The notes: generated from the sequence alone by a model not told the origin. A DNA stretch of 64,000 bases from a virus (IMGVR_UViG_3300042923_001771:64001-128000), one strand, 5' to 3'; shown: positions 1-9,081, counted from the stretch's first letter. A program made the numbers and translations.

Positions 1-37
1 GAGACGAAGAAAAAGCATCTTGAGGAGGAATACAAAA

Positions 38-526
38 ATGAGTTCTAGTTATGTTGTGATTGGTAAATTTTCAGAAATTAATTTTGATGAAGTGATAATG
101 AAAACTAAAGAGGGATTCAAAGTTGATAAAAAGAAGTTGAGAATTATTGCAGCAACAATTCTTTCTGCGGTTGTTATTGGTCTTCTTTCCGATGTTGCAT
201 TTGCAGCGGAAGTTCACTCAACATTTGCTGGTTTTGACCAAGGTGCAGTGGCAGCGATGGCAAATGTTCAACCTAAACCAACTCAATTGGAACATATTTT
301 TGAGTATATTAGATGGTTGATTCAACTCTTAAGATTAATTGTAAGTAGCGTTGCAGGGTTGATTTGTACCTTTGCTGGTTATAAATGGTCTACAACAATT
401 GACGGAAATGGAGCAGAAACCGCTAAGAAAATTTTGAAAAATGCATTTGTAGGTGGTTTAATAGTTTTCTCCGGTACTACAATTGCTGATTTCTTTGTTG
501 GTAAAATGGAGCAAATTCTAAACTAA
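38..526 (+). CDS. TrbC/VirB2-type pilin-like membrane protein
   Basis: GAGGAGG RBS precedes ATG at 38 (the track's start at 20 is upstream). Signal-like segment ending AFA-A, then two hydrophobic helices (LIQLLRLIVSSVAGLICTFAGY; AFVGGLIVFSG) separated by a short AETAKKILKNA loop, as in VirB2/TrbC pilins. Context supports the call. Confidence 0.6.
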   Translation: MSSSYVVIGKFSEINFDEVIMKTKEGFKVDKKKLRIIAATILSAVVIGLLSDVAFAAEVHSTFAGFDQGAVAAMANVQPKPTQLEHIFEYIRWLIQLLRLIVSSVAGLICTFAGYKWSTTIDGNGAETAKKILKNAFVGGLIVFSGTTIADFFVGKMEQILN

Positions 527-538
527 GGAGCGATACAA

Positions 539-688
539 ATGGATATTAATTATGAAAAAACTATTAGATATACTATTGCTATAACTTGTGGCTTAGTTGG
601 ATTCGCCATTACTTATGTCATTCTTGGATTGGCTATTCAACCAATCCAAGAATGGGTTGACAATAAAACTATAAAGGTGGTAAAATAA
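539..688 (+). CDS. 49-aa single-TM membrane peptide (not in ORF track)
   Basis: AAGGAG RBS at 525-530. Manual translation: MDINYEKTIRYTIAITCGLVGFAITYVILGLAIQPIQEWVDNKTIKVVK*. Confidence 0.55.
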   Translation: MDINYEKTIRYTIAITCGLVGFAITYVILGLAIQPIQEWVDNKTIKVVK

Positions 689-838
689 ATGTTTATAACT
701 TCTGCTGTTATTGCTACTGGTTTTCAGGTAATTATCGCTGTACGCGTTGGTATTTCTACATTTAAAATGGTGAATGTTACACTTAAAAAAAGGACTGAAA
801 AAAAAGACGTAAAGAAAGTAAAAACGATTAAGGAGTGA
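689..838 (+). CDS. 49-aa membrane peptide with basic tail (not in ORF track)
   Basis: AAGGTGG RBS at 674-680; ATG abuts the previous stop. Manual translation: MFITSAVIATGFQVIIAVRVGISTFKMVNVTLKKRTEKKDVKKVKTIKE*. Confidence 0.55.
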   Translation: MFITSAVIATGFQVIIAVRVGISTFKMVNVTLKKRTEKKDVKKVKTIKE

Positions 839-842
839 GGAC

Positions 843-1787
843 ATGCCAGATATGAAAATTCCATTTGTAGATGATGCCCTCAACTCTTGGGTGCAAGAAC
901 ATATTGTTGGACATTTAGCTGATCTTTTTCATCTCCTATCTGATAGCTTGCAGACCGGCGCAAATTCTTTTTTATCTGAAATGCTGGGGTTTGTACTTCA
1001 AACCCCTTTGATTGCAGCAAATCCAGTGATACTTCAAATATGGGCAATTGTCCGTGTAATTTCATTTTCAATTATAGGGTTGATGTTTGTTTGGGAAGCA
1101 TTTAAAAAAATAATTTCTTCAGATAATGTGATAAGACATGTTGAGTTTAAAGAGATGTTTATAAGAATGGTGTATGGTATTATTTTGGCAGTATTTAGTT
1201 TAGATATCATAGATATGATGATTGGTCTTGATAATGCATTAGTTAACACTGTCAAAAATGCTTTTCCCATCATTGTAAACAACAGCATAACTGTGAATGG
1301 TACTTTTAGTTTTATAATGACATTAGTTTTAATTGTTGTTCAAATTGTTTTGGGTGTCAAACTTATGATTCAATATTGGATGAGGATGGCTGAAATATGG
1401 TTAATGGCTGTTTTGGGGCCGTTGATGTATACTCTTTGGATAAATCCAAAATGGGGTGGTTATTTAAGTTCATGGGTAAGTAGATTAACCACTAATATAT
1501 TTACAACATTTGTTTGGGCACTTATAATTTCTTTATATTCTGGTATGGTCAGTATTGTAGCATCAACTGGGATGTTGATAGGGTTTCCAACTCTTGGTCC
1601 AATCGCAGGTATTTGTTTATCGATTGCATTGTTGCTAGTCATGATAGAGACGCCGGATTTCTTAAGGCAACATCTTGCTAGTGGTAAAAATCCAATAGCT
1701 ATGATTAAGAGTACAGTAAATAATGTTAGAAATAGTACACCACTACGTATTACTAAGAGAGCTGCAGGATGGATGTTGAAAAAATAA
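843..1787 (+). CDS. VirB6/TrbL-like polytopic membrane protein
   Basis: 314 aa with about 6 hydrophobic segments. The RMAEIWLMAVLGPLMYTLW...W segment resembles the VirB6-family core. Lies between the pilin-like and PrgI/VirB4 genes. Confidence 0.6.
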   Translation: MPDMKIPFVDDALNSWVQEHIVGHLADLFHLLSDSLQTGANSFLSEMLGFVLQTPLIAANPVILQIWAIVRVISFSIIGLMFVWEAFKKIISSDNVIRHVEFKEMFIRMVYGIILAVFSLDIIDMMIGLDNALVNTVKNAFPIIVNNSITVNGTFSFIMTLVLIVVQIVLGVKLMIQYWMRMAEIWLMAVLGPLMYTLWINPKWGGYLSSWVSRLTTNIFTTFVWALIISLYSGMVSIVASTGMLIGFPTLGPIAGICLSIALLLVMIETPDFLRQHLASGKNPIAMIKSTVNNVRNSTPLRITKRAAGWMLKK

Positions 1788-1799
1788 TAAACAATCTCC

Positions 1800-1836
1800 A
1801 AACCCTGACTAATTACATACAGGGTTTTTATTTTTT
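1800..1836 (+). terminator. Rho-independent terminator
   Basis: AAACCCTG...CAGGGTTT stem followed by TTATTTTTT. Confidence 0.7.
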
Positions 1837-1903
1837 CTGAATAATGTCTCTTTTGCCTATTGATGAATATAATTTTATTATAAGGACATAAGGAGGAATT
1901 AAT

Positions 1904-2284
1904 ATGAATGAAGACATTTGTCTCATACCAAGAAATTTAAGAAAAGCAGATACAATCATACAAACGCCAATAAAATTAACAATGAAACAACTTGTTTATA
2001 TTGGTATCGGTATTGGCGGAGCTTATTTTGCTTATGGCGCAGCGTTGCCTCTATTATATAAAGGTTTAATAATGGGTGGTAGTGCTTTAGCTGGAGTTGC
2101 TGGAGGTCTTTTTAAATATCAAGGTTCGTCAATTGATGAATTAGTTGGTGATAGTGTAGTATACGTTCAAAGAAAATCTTATTACAACAAATTAAATAAA
2201 AGGAGTGAGGTAGTTGTTAATATCAATTCTAGAAAAGAAGAAACAACCATCATTGGTGCAAGATCAATCTCTTTCACCGTTTAG
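1904..2284 (+). CDS. PrgI/VirB3-like membrane protein
   Basis: LTMKQLVYIGIG motif plus two TM helices; overlaps the start of the VirB4-like gene, the usual PrgI-VirB4 arrangement. Confidence 0.6.
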   Translation: MNEDICLIPRNLRKADTIIQTPIKLTMKQLVYIGIGIGGAYFAYGAALPLLYKGLIMGGSALAGVAGGLFKYQGSSIDELVGDSVVYVQRKSYYNKLNKRSEVVVNINSRKEETTIIGARSISFTV

Positions 2285-3926
2285 TCCTCCAAAAAATAGA
2301 GCGGTTTTTAAAGTATCTTCTGTCAATTTTGGGTTTAAATCAATGGATGATAAAATGATGCTTATTGAAAATTTTGGAAAATTTCTAAATTCATTAAACT
2401 TCCCAGTTCAAATACTTTGTGATAGTAAGACAGTTAATCCAGATGAGTGGTTGTTAAAAATACATGATGAAGAATATTATCAATTCTTAAAAGATACAAT
2501 CAATAGTAAGAATGTCACTGAAAAAACGTTTTATATAGCATTTACTGCTAGTGATGAAGTTGAACTTGGTATGCTTAAGAACAATATTAGAAATCATGTA
2601 AAACGTTGTAATTTAATTTGTGAAGAAATTGTTCCTCATGAACCACAAGCTATACCTCAATTGAGTGTAAATCATGTTAAGGTTGGAGAATGGTATCACT
2701 CTACTTTTATAGTTAAGAATTGGCCACATAGCGGTTCTGCTGGATGGTTAGAAGATTTGTACAATTTGGATAAAAACATTTCACTTTCTATGTTTATACA
2801 TCCAGTTCCAAAAGACGAAGCTGTAAAATACATTGGAAGACAATTGGCTAAACTCGGTTCAAGCGTTGTTATAAAAGAACAAGAGTCATGTCACGATGGA
2901 TTAGAAGATGAAGACATTGTAACAGCTATCAATATGCGAGATGAGCTTAATAAGAATGAAGGTAGATTTGTATTTGTAAGCTATTACATTACAGTAAAGG
3001 CAAAAAGTGTAACTGAACTCAAGAAAGATATTAAATATGTAAAAACCATCTTAAGCGGTATGATGATAGAAACAAAACAAGCGACACTTAGACAAGATGA
3101 TGCTTTTAGGTGTTCATTGCCACATGGTGTAGATTATTTAAAAAACAAGGCAATGTATACATTCACCACTACCCCATTGAAAAGATTTTTTCCATTTATA
3201 TCTGCAAACATTGTAGACAAAGGTGGGATTCTAATTGGTGAAAATCTACTAAATAGCTCATTAATTTTCTTGGATCATTTCAGTTATCAAACAGCAAGTA
3301 TGCTTGTAATTGGTAAAGCTGGTTCTGGTAAGTCATATGCTGTGAAAGCTCAGATAGAGAAACTCATTAGGCAAGGCATTGAGGTAACAGTTTTAGATAT
3401 TGAAGATGAGTTCTCTAGAATGCATCCACATCGCAATTTAATAATCAAACATTACGGTAAAACACCTAATGAAGAGTACAAAAAATTTCTTTTCAAATAT
3501 TGGGAAAAGGTTAATGCAGATTCAAGCATACCTAGATTTTTAGTTATCGATGAATTTTGGTGGCATATGAAAGACCCAGAAATTGCTCAACTTCTTCAAA
3601 TGATAGTAAAGCTTAGTAGAAAACGCTGGCTTGGGTTATGTGTAATTACTCAAGAGGTTTATGACATGCTCAGAAATGAATTTGCTGAAAGTATTGTTAA
3701 TAATTGTAGCATTAAGATTTTACTTAAAATTGAGCCCAATCAGAGAGAAAGCGTTCAGAAAACATTTGGTCTAACAAATAGTGAAGTTTCATTCTTGATT
3801 GGTGCGATAGAAGGTGAGGGGATACTCTTTGCTGGATCAAATCATGTACAGTTTAAAACAATTACTTCACCAGAGCAACATAAACGAATTACTACTAAAC
3901 CTCAAGAATTACATTTGGCAATCTGA
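2214..3926 (+). CDS. virB4: VirB4-like ATPase (compact)
   Basis: Walker A GKAGSGKS (3312-3335), Walker B FLVIDE, SRKRWLGLCVITQ motif, C-terminal GEGILF. N-terminal half has VirB4-like FVFVSYYITV...RQDDAFRCSLP. Confidence 0.75.
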   Translation: MLISILEKKKQPSLVQDQSLSPFSPPKNRAVFKVSSVNFGFKSMDDKMMLIENFGKFLNSLNFPVQILCDSKTVNPDEWLLKIHDEEYYQFLKDTINSKNVTEKTFYIAFTASDEVELGMLKNNIRNHVKRCNLICEEIVPHEPQAIPQLSVNHVKVGEWYHSTFIVKNWPHSGSAGWLEDLYNLDKNISLSMFIHPVPKDEAVKYIGRQLAKLGSSVVIKEQESCHDGLEDEDIVTAINMRDELNKNEGRFVFVSYYITVKAKSVTELKKDIKYVKTILSGMMIETKQATLRQDDAFRCSLPHGVDYLKNKAMYTFTTTPLKRFFPFISANIVDKGGILIGENLLNSSLIFLDHFSYQTASMLVIGKAGSGKSYAVKAQIEKLIRQGIEVTVLDIEDEFSRMHPHRNLIIKHYGKTPNEEYKKFLFKYWEKVNADSSIPRFLVIDEFWWHMKDPEIAQLLQMIVKLSRKRWLGLCVITQEVYDMLRNEFAESIVNNCSIKILLKIEPNQRESVQKTFGLTNSEVSFLIGAIEGEGILFAGSNHVQFKTITSPEQHKRITTKPQELHLAI

Positions 3927-4019
3927 GACAATAGGAGGTATTCTGTTTATTGCGGGATTGATGTTTCTATTTTCTAAAAAGCATAATTTAAGCGTAAGTA
4001 GAAAAAGGAGGAAATAAGA

Positions 4020-4244
4020 ATGGACTTGTTGATGAATTACGAAGAGGCATGTGAACTTATCAGAAATAATGGTTGGGATGATTTTTTAGCTTTGTTGAAT
4101 GAGAAATTTCCAAAATACAACCTCAAAGGTTGTAGCATGTCATGGTATGAAGAAAAAGATGGTTCTAAATTTATTTGCAAGGCTAAAGGTTCGCGTGGGG
4201 ATGTAATTGTTGGTTGGTATGGTGTGCATGATAAAGCTATGTAA
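4020..4244 (+). CDS. hypothetical protein, 74 aa
   Basis: AAGGAGG RBS; followed by a terminator. Confidence 0.6.
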   Translation: MDLLMNYEEACELIRNNGWDDFLALLNEKFPKYNLKGCSMSWYEEKDGSKFICKAKGSRGDVIVGWYGVHDKAM

Positions 4245-4255
4245 AGATATTTTTG

Positions 4256-4284
4256 AAAAAGAGAGTAAACACTCTCTTTTTTTT
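4256..4284 (+). terminator. Rho-independent terminator
   Basis: AAAAAGAGAGT-AAAC-ACTCTCTTTTTTTT. Confidence 0.75.
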
Positions 4285-4352
4285 ATTTGGTCTCTTTTTA
4301 ACATATGTGAATAAAATATATTAATAAGGTAATATTGAAAGGAGAATCAACA

Positions 4353-6848
4353 ATGTTCAAAAACAAAAAACAACAACCAGAAGAAAAAACTATACTTAAA
4401 TTGGAAAACGACATTGATTCAACAGCGGATGATAAAAGTAGCGATATGGATAGTTTTTGGGGTAGTATAAATGGTCTTCAAACAAAGAAAGAAAAACCAA
4501 CATTCTCATTTGAAATTTTGAGCAATAACGAAGGTGCAGCATTTTACTTTTCTATTCCAACAAAATTCAAAGGAATTATTGGAAAAAGACTAAATGCGGT
4601 ATATCCAGATATTGAAGTAATTGATATTAAAGAAGATAAGAACGATCCGGTTTCTTCTTTTAGAAATTTGAAAGAAGGTGAGCATACTTACAGTTGTGAA
4701 TTGCGATTAACTGAACATCAAGCATTTGGATTAAGAACTTCTGGAGTGCATAAGACTTTTCTTAATAATTTACTTAATACAATGAATCACTATAACGAGG
4801 AAGAAGTTTCGTTAATTCAAATAGTGATGAGACCAAGAACTGAACAATCTAATGCGAGAGCTGCAGCAAGAAGTACAAGTATCAAACGAAATTCATTCAA
4901 ACATCGAAATCCAGCATTTCGTTCATTGATGTTTGTGTTAGAAATTATTGTAAATTCCTTAATGTTTGTAGTAGATACTCTATTAACTAAAGGTCAATTA
5001 AAGAAAGCGTTTGATGAAACGGCAGTAACTGTAACAACTGGAAGTAGTAAGATTAAAGAAAAGGAAAACAAATTTAAAAAACCTTGTTTTGATGTATCGA
5101 TAAGAATAGCAACTAAATCTAAAGACTTAATAGTGGCAGAGCAAACCGCAATAAGCATATCAAATGTTTTCAAAGAATTGGATGATGAAAACAAACTTAG
5201 ACCAATTAAGATTAATATTAATTCAATAGCTGAAAGAGAAATGAAAAAGGGTAAAGCTTTTTCAAGTAATGAAATTTCTCAATTTGCTTATCTGCCTGGT
5301 AAAAATGTTTCGTCAAGTAATGTTGATAAGGGCGGAGTTAAGATGCCTTATGACAAGAATGTTCCTAATAAAGGCATTGTATTTGGATATTCTCCACAAC
5401 AAGGTAACAGATTAGTGGCATTTCCTATGAATGTGATCTCTAAAGAAAAGTATGATGAGCTCTATCAAGAATATGAAAAAATGATTGACAATATTTGCAA
5501 ACCAAGATTAGTGCTTGGAATGATGGGTACTGGTAAATCTGAATGGATTGTAAACTATACTCTTTCTCTCATTGAGGCGGGAGTTGCAGTTATTCTGGTT
5601 GACCCTAAAAATGATACTCAAAAGAGATTAATTGAATCTATGCCAGAAAATAAGCTTGAAAAAATTGACTACTTGGACCTTGGAGATTTATTGTTCCCGC
5701 CAGGTATGAACTTATTACGTCGTAGAAACCCTGGTGACCCAACCGAAATATCACTCATTGTTCAGTCATTAATTAGTTTCTTTAAAAAGGAATTTGGAAG
5801 GTCTTGGGGTTTTGCAATGCAACAATTAATCATGATGACTGGTAATGCTATTTTACTTGATGAAGTTGCTACATTGTATGAATTCCAATTAATGCTTACC
5901 AACAAAGAATATCGTGGCAATATGATTGAAAAAATTGATGAAAGGTTAAAGGACCCAACGGTTGGCGGTAGAGCAATGTTGAAAGAATTACATGCCTTTT
6001 GGAAACAATTTCATAGTTGGCCTGAAAAAGATCAAATGGCTAGAATTAGCTCAACAATGAATAAAGTCGGAGTGTTTATGAGTAACCGTATTGTTAGAGC
6101 GATAGTATCGCAGAAAGGAAGTTACGATTTTAGAAAATCTGGAGATGCTGGTAGAGTCACAATAGTTAACATTCCAGATGGAGAGTTGGGAGACGAAAAT
6201 ACAAGATTATTAGCGTCGTTTATCAATAAGGCTGTTTGGTTAGATTTTCGTTCTAGAGCTAATATTCCAATTGAAAAACGTTATCCAACTGTATGGCTTA
6301 TTGAAGAAGCTCATATGGTAATGGATGAAGAATTTATACCCATACTTACACAATCTCGAGGATATCGTCTTGGTCTGACCGTTTTAACACAAGGTCTCAA
6401 TAACTTTGAAAGTAGAGGAAACGGAGAACTAAAAGATATTCTTTTAACTAACTGTAAAAATAAAATTGTATTCCGTGTTGGACCAGCTGATGCTAGAATA
6501 CTTGCAGAAGAATTTGCACCACTTACAGCATATGATTTGATGAACTGCCCAGATTATCATTTCTATTCAAAGATACTCCTTGAAGGTGGTAAGGTATCAG
6601 AGGCATTCTTTGCGCATGCTCCAGACATGGCACCAGAGCTAAGAAGTTACGACAAATATAAAGAAAATCATCGTTCTGGTAAGATGACAATTGATCAAAT
6701 TGAAGACCAACTTGATACTCGTCATAACTTAACTGATGCAACTACTATTTCAGTAATTAATCTTGGAGAGGGTGAATCACAAACTCCAGATGAAAGACCA
6801 TCTAAGAAAAAACCTGGAATGAAAAAAGCATTAGAGTTTTTAGAATAA
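4353..6848 (+). CDS. VirD4/TraD/HerA-like coupling-type ATPase
   Basis: AAAGGAG RBS before ATG 4353. Walker A GMMGTGKS, ILVDPKND, WLIEEAH (Walker B), SRGYRLGLTVLTQ, NCKNKIVFRVGPADA. Confidence 0.75.
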   Translation: MFKNKKQQPEEKTILKLENDIDSTADDKSSDMDSFWGSINGLQTKKEKPTFSFEILSNNEGAAFYFSIPTKFKGIIGKRLNAVYPDIEVIDIKEDKNDPVSSFRNLKEGEHTYSCELRLTEHQAFGLRTSGVHKTFLNNLLNTMNHYNEEEVSLIQIVMRPRTEQSNARAAARSTSIKRNSFKHRNPAFRSLMFVLEIIVNSLMFVVDTLLTKGQLKKAFDETAVTVTTGSSKIKEKENKFKKPCFDVSIRIATKSKDLIVAEQTAISISNVFKELDDENKLRPIKININSIAEREMKKGKAFSSNEISQFAYLPGKNVSSSNVDKGGVKMPYDKNVPNKGIVFGYSPQQGNRLVAFPMNVISKEKYDELYQEYEKMIDNICKPRLVLGMMGTGKSEWIVNYTLSLIEAGVAVILVDPKNDTQKRLIESMPENKLEKIDYLDLGDLLFPPGMNLLRRRNPGDPTEISLIVQSLISFFKKEFGRSWGFAMQQLIMMTGNAILLDEVATLYEFQLMLTNKEYRGNMIEKIDERLKDPTVGGRAMLKELHAFWKQFHSWPEKDQMARISSTMNKVGVFMSNRIVRAIVSQKGSYDFRKSGDAGRVTIVNIPDGELGDENTRLLASFINKAVWLDFRSRANIPIEKRYPTVWLIEEAHMVMDEEFIPILTQSRGYRLGLTVLTQGLNNFESRGNGELKDILLTNCKNKIVFRVGPADARILAEEFAPLTAYDLMNCPDYHFYSKILLEGGKVSEAFFAHAPDMAPELRSYDKYKENHRSGKMTIDQIEDQLDTRHNLTDATTISVINLGEGESQTPDERPSKKKPGMKKALEFLE

Positions 6849-6861
6849 AATTGGTAAAGAT

Positions 6862-6883
6862 GGAGCCGAAAGGCTCCTTTTTT
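6862..6883 (+). terminator. Rho-independent terminator
   Basis: GGAGCC-GAAA-GGCTCC-TTTTTT. Confidence 0.8.
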
Positions 6884-6976
6884 ATTGTTAAAATTTAACA
6901 AAGGTGCAGATGATTAATTAGGGAGTACTTGTGATATAATATATATATAAGGTAATTAACCCAAGGAGGAGATAAT

Positions 6977-7750
6977 ATGACAACAATTGTAGATATGACA
7001 TGTTTAAAATCATCGCACTCTCCTATTTTGAGTAACGAAGAAACAATTGAATTATTTAATAAACTTAAATTTAAAAACGACGAATCAGCAAGAGATAAAT
7101 TAGTTTATTCCAATACTGGATTAGTATTAAGTGCTCTTAAGAAATTTAAAAATAGAGGAGAAAATATAAACGATTTATTTCAAATCGGTTGTATTGGCTT
7201 AATTAAAGCAGTTGATAGATTTGACCTTGCTAGAGAATTAAAATTTTCAACATATGCAGTATGGACGATTGACGGTGAAATTAAAAGATATCTACGAGAT
7301 GATTCTGCAATTAGAGTAAATCGTAGTTCAAAAAACATGTTGTACAAAATTAATAGGGCTAAAGATCAATTTGTTATAGAGAATGGTAAAGAACCAACTA
7401 ACACAGAAATTGCAGATAAATTAGGCGTAAAAGAAAAAGAAATTACAAACACCTTACTTTCTTTACAACCAATAGCATCACTATCTGAACCAGTAGATAG
7501 CGATAATGGAAAAGTATCATTGATAGACAAAATTGACGATAAAAAGATAAGTGAAGAATTAACTTTGAATAGTATTGCTTTAAGTGAAGCAATTAAGAAA
7601 TTAAATGAAAAAGAACAAAAAGTAATTAGTATGAGATATTTTTTAGATAAAACTCAAGCCGAAATAGCTAGCGAATTCGGAGTTTCTCAAGTTCATATTA
7701 GTAGATTAGAGAAAAATGCTATTAAAGAAATGAAGAAGTATATGTGCTAA
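6977..7750 (+). CDS. SigF/SigG-like alternative sigma factor
   Basis: Region 2 DLFQIGCIGLIKAVDRFD...KFSTYAV; region 3 EPTNTEIADKLGV; region 4 KTQAEIASEFGVSQVHISRLEK. Extended -10 TGTGATATAAT at 6930-6940. Confidence 0.9.
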   Translation: MTTIVDMTCLKSSHSPILSNEETIELFNKLKFKNDESARDKLVYSNTGLVLSALKKFKNRGENINDLFQIGCIGLIKAVDRFDLARELKFSTYAVWTIDGEIKRYLRDDSAIRVNRSSKNMLYKINRAKDQFVIENGKEPTNTEIADKLGVKEKEITNTLLSLQPIASLSEPVDSDNGKVSLIDKIDDKKISEELTLNSIALSEAIKKLNEKEQKVISMRYFLDKTQAEIASEFGVSQVHISRLEKNAIKEMKKYMC

Positions 7751-7939
7751 TGAACCCTTAGGGTTCTTTTTTTTGCAATTAGAAAAGCATTCATTCTAAG
7801 AAAGGATTTTTAATGATTAGGTTATATATTAACTGATGAAATAATGTTCTGAGAAATCACCAGAATGAACCAGATAACATAAAAAGATGATGGATTAATT
7901 AAAATCCATCATCTTTTTATATACTATATACCTGAGAAC

Positions 7940-8284
7940 TTAATCATCATCACCATCACTGTCATCATATTCTAATTCATCTAAAGAATTATTTTGAGCT
8001 CTTACGGTGTTGATGATAGAAAATACCTTTTCAGCAATTTTTTCAATTGCTGGAGTGTTCATGAGTTCTTTATACGTATTTTCTATTTCTTCTAGTACAA
8101 AATTAAGTTCAACATAAGTGAAGCTTTGTTTTTCATCAGGTCTAGTGATTATTTCTCCATCAATTGGAGCCCAATTAGTAATAAGCTTTTTAAATCTATT
8201 TCTTGAGCGTCCATCCAATAAAGTAGTATAGTTATTGTTATTCATTCTAAATAAAATTGCTACCAAACGATCATCTTGTGCCAT
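7940..8284 (-). CDS. hypothetical protein, 114 aa, acidic tail
   Basis: CAGGAGG RBS on the minus strand; ends at a bidirectional hairpin near 7882-7918. Confidence 0.7.
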   Translation of the reverse strand: MAQDDRLVAILFRMNNNNYTTLLDGRSRNRFKKLITNWAPIDGEIITRPDEKQSFTYVELNFVLEEIENTYKELMNTPAIEKIAEKVFSIINTVRAQNNSLDELEYDDSDGDDD

Positions 8285-8601
8285 TTTAATTCCTCCTGTT
8301 AATTTTTGATATTTTCTAGATTATCCATCTTTATTATTATTATATCTAACTGAAAAGCTTCTATACTTGAAAATTTCTCATTTTTTACTCTTTATTGGAT
8401 TTTTTTTAAAAAACCTGTTATATTTTCATTACTCTACTCTATATTAATGATAGGTTAAGGTTAAACCTGTTCTCTACGAAAAGTGTTTTTACCCAATGAA
8501 TTTGGAGATATTCAGATTTTTCTGATTAGAGTTTAAATACTCTAAGCAAATATCAGAAGATATGCTACTGCTAATTTTATTAGAAAGCAGGAGGCGATTA
8601 A

Positions 8602-9081
8602 ATGTATTTAGTAAAGCCAAACGGTAACTATAATATCGTAATTAGTGATATTGGAGTTACGATTTCATCAAACAATAATATCCTTATTGAAAAGAGTAAG
8701 ATTGATAACTCTGGAGATGCTAGGAAATTGATTGTGTCAAATCTTCTTTTGATAGAGGATGCAAACGAAAAGACAATTAAAACTGAAGATAAGGTGGAAG
8801 CAAAAGCCGATGATGCTAAGATTTTTGTTGCTAGAGAGGAAGAAACAAAAGTTAATTCTGAAGTTTTTGTAAGAGAACCTAAAAAAGAAGTTGAAATTGT
8901 TTCACCGGTAGTTGAAGAAATTAAAAACACTGAAGTTGTTGAAATTTCAACTGAGGAAGTTAAAGTAGAAGTTGCTGAAGTAGTAGAAAATACAAAAATT
9001 GCAACTAAAGTTGTAGCTGAAAAAGCTGCACCAACTACAGAAGTAACTGAAAAATCCATTACCAAAAAAGGTAAAAAATAA
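8602..9081 (+). CDS. probable virion protein, E/V/K-rich
   Basis: GGAGG RBS; low-complexity acidic C-terminal half; first gene of a putative late unit. Confidence 0.6.
   Translation: MYLVKPNGNYNIVISDIGVTISSNNNILIEKSKIDNSGDARKLIVSNLLLIEDANEKTIKTEDKVEAKADDAKIFVAREEETKVNSEVFVREPKKEVEIVSPVVEEIKNTEVVEISTEEVKVEVAEVVENTKIATKVVAEKAAPTTEVTEKSITKKGKK

Noticed and set aside
593-883. Minus-strand 96-aa ORF and similar antisense or nested ORFs (e.g. 1460-1801, 8628-9065, 9557-9874, 16137-16814, 37303-37578, 49767-50021)
   Set aside because: They shadow well-supported genes on the other strand or frame, lack an RBS, and their composition mirrors the real gene's codon bias.
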